A DNA stretch of 64,000 nucleotides from assembly GCA_965178125.1 (NCBI GenBank), contig OZ237770.1, positions 1-64,000 on the forward strand, written 5' to 3'. Every line of letters begins with the position of its first letter. The first letter of the stretch is position 1. Made by a program: the position numbers and the translations under genes. The notes under the pieces were generated by a model that searched no databases, was not told the origin of the DNA, and worked only from the letters and a program-made list of their open reading frames with translations. Below, piece by piece: positions 61,886 through 64,000 of the stretch. The stretch is from Bilabrum cf. latius (Eukaryota).

Positions 61886-64000
61886 CATGCAGCAGCTGGG
61901 CGCGCCAGCCCGGCAACTACAGGAGCCGGGGGCCTTTTGGGGTCTGATGTGATTGCTGGAGGAGCTGATTCCATCGCACAGGTTATGCATTCCTGGTCCC
62001 AATTCCCCACACGAGGCCCCGCTATCAAAGTGCTCTTTGACGCACTACTCGCTATGCCAGCTCCGCCTGAACAACCTAGGGTTTCAAAACCGGTCTCGCC
62101 ACCAGAGGTTTCACACCGCCTGTCCGCCGCCCCCTCCCCGGCAGCCAGACGTACGTTGCTGTCCCAGTTAATCTTCCGGTCGCTCCCTCAAGGTGCGTAG
62201 CTGGCCAATACAAAAGATCGTCCCGCGCACAGCCTCTGCCCACTAGCCATGGCATCTACCCTGGCCTCTGCGGCACGTCAGGCGGCAGCGGCACGCAAGG
62301 ATCAGCCCCCAGCGTGGGCAAGAGCATCACTACCAGAGGTTGGAGCTCGTGTCGGCTAGCCTTTTTCCTTCGGCTCATTCTCGGAGATTACTGGCTCAAT
62401 CAGATAGAAAAATCAGGCGGCCGCAGGGGCGGCGGCGCTGGCGGTGGAGACGGCAACTAGCATAGAGGGAACTGTGCCGCGCAGATATAGAGAAGCTGAT
62501 GATGTCGCTGCTGCTGCCGTTGAACAGAATGGCGCGGCCAGCAAGACGGTTGCACTGGGGTACGCTGTGCCGCGTGATGCGCCTGAAGAAGCTGATGCTG
62601 TCGCTGCTGCTGCCGTTGGGCAGAGTGGCGCGGCCAGCAAGACGGTTGCACCGAGGCACGATGTGCCGCGTGATGCGCCTGAAGAAGCTGATGCTGTCGC
62701 TGCTGCTGCCGTTGGGCAGAGCAGCGCGGCCAGCAAGACGGTTGCTCCGGGGTACGCTGTGCCGCGTGATGCGCCTGACGAAGCTGATGCTGGCGCTGCT
62801 GCTGCCGTTGGGCAGAGCAGCGCGGCCGGCAAGAAGGTTGCTCCGGGGTACGCTGTGCCGCGTGATGCGCCTGACGAAGCTGATGCTGTCGCTGCTGCTG
62901 CCGTTGGGCAGAGTGGCGCGGCCAGCAAGAAGGTTGATCCGGGGTACGCTGTGCCGCGTGATGCGCCTGACGAAGCTGATGCTGTCGCTGCTGCTGCCGT
63001 TGGGCAGAGTGGCGCGGCCAGCAAGAAGGTTGCTCCGGGGTACGCTGTGCCGCGTGATGCGCCTGACGAAGCTGATGCTGTCGCTGCTGCTGCCGTTGGG
63101 CAGAGCAGCGCGGCCAGCAAGAAGGTTGCTCCGGGGTACGCTGTGCCGCGTGATGCGCCTGAAGAAGCTGATGCTGTCGCTGCTGCTGCCGTTGGGCAGA
63201 GCAGCGCGGCCAGCAAGAAGGTTGATCCGGGGTACGCTGTGCCGCGTGATGCGCCTGACGAAGCTGATGCTGTCGCTGCTGCTGCCGTTGGGCAAACTGG
63301 CGCGGCCAGCAAGGAGCTCCCGGCTACATCTCCAGGACTCGAAGTACCGGAGGCCCACTTACCGGCACCAGAAGCGAACTCTCACCCTCCCAACCTCCTT
63401 CGCACGGAAGATCTTCGCTAGTGTTGGACCACGCACCTCACCAGGTTGAGCTAGATTCGAAGGGTGGTTCGGGTGCAGGTCAACCCGCACGGCAAGCGAC
63501 CTGCCCTGCACACGAACATCATTGCCATACATAGACTCCGATGCCCTAGTTGTAAACAACCCAAGAGCTGTATCGTGCTTTCAGCACTGTAGCAGCTTGT
63601 GGAGAAAGGTGTACCGCTTCAAGACTTCATTACCGCCCAACGACCAAAAGCACTAGCACACCGATGGACCAGACACGCCCAACCCTCCGATGCTGTCGGT
63701 ACCATGGTGTCAGACTTGTTGTCAGAAGGTGTAGCTCGCCATGTGCCGGCTGAGGGCCTCATTGGGGAACCCCTGCGACATTTCATCGTCACGTCTAAGG
63801 ACTACATCTTGAGCGAGAGCGGCCTTCGCAAGGAAGAAGCAGGCGACGGTAGGAAGCCACGGCTTGTCATGGACGGTCGGCCTCTCTCCGCTATATCCCA
63901 ACGAGCTCCGTTCTCAATGGCGGGCATACATCATTTTGCTGCCAACCTTCAGTCCCGCAGTCACATGTTCAGCGTGGATATCAGCGCTGCGTACTACCAC
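61886..64000 (+). CDS. Retroelement ORF2 (reverse transcriptase, partial)
   Basis: The frame is open apart from TAG from 61886 to the window end, with the first ATG at 61985. RT motifs appear at about 63850-64000. Confidence 0.8.
62474..63313 (+). repeat. 96-bp coding tandem repeat (~9 copies; VPRDAPDEADAVAAAAVGQSGAASKKVAPGYA)
   Basis: gtgccgcgtgatgcgcctga recurs every 96 bp within ORF2. Confidence 0.92.

Larger units (their letters stand above)
58680..64000 (+). mobile_element. 5' part of a retrotransposon, probably tyrosine-recombinase class (DIRS/Ngaro-like), cut by the window end
   Basis: An AT-richer leader is followed by a gag-like ORF1 and an ORF2 with RT N-terminal motifs (KPRLVMDGRPL, FSM, MFSVDISAAYYH). 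The left boundary is approximate. The recombinase and terminal repeats are not in the window. Confidence 0.75.

Overview
This is the left end of a eukaryotic chromosome from a gene-dense, GC-rich, flagellated protist (CFAP20 and CFAP36-like genes; short GT-AG introns). The stramenopile/bicosoecid-like impression is inference only. Positions 1-14100 form a compound telomere: eight (CCCTAA)n tracts, mostly about 0.6-0.7 kb, alternate with non-coding cassettes made of a 155-bp monomer plus a conserved ~60-bp cap. About 16 host genes follow, and the window ends in the 5' part of a DIRS/Ngaro-like retrotransposon. The main result is a non-standard nuclear genetic code. TAG occurs in frame dozens of times, including at conserved Gln positions (Dim1 G*HFLKNP and MF*EEFA, acid phosphatase WIDE*LA, kinase RPTAA*LL, channel HHG*P), while every gene end I traced is TGA or TAA. 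UAG therefore appears to encode Gln and UAA remains a stop. Reading TAG as Gln joins the fragmented ORF track into complete genes, including a 3075-aa intronless four-domain channel, a TANGO2-DUF952 fusion and the retroelement ORFs. All translations were done by hand, without database searches.
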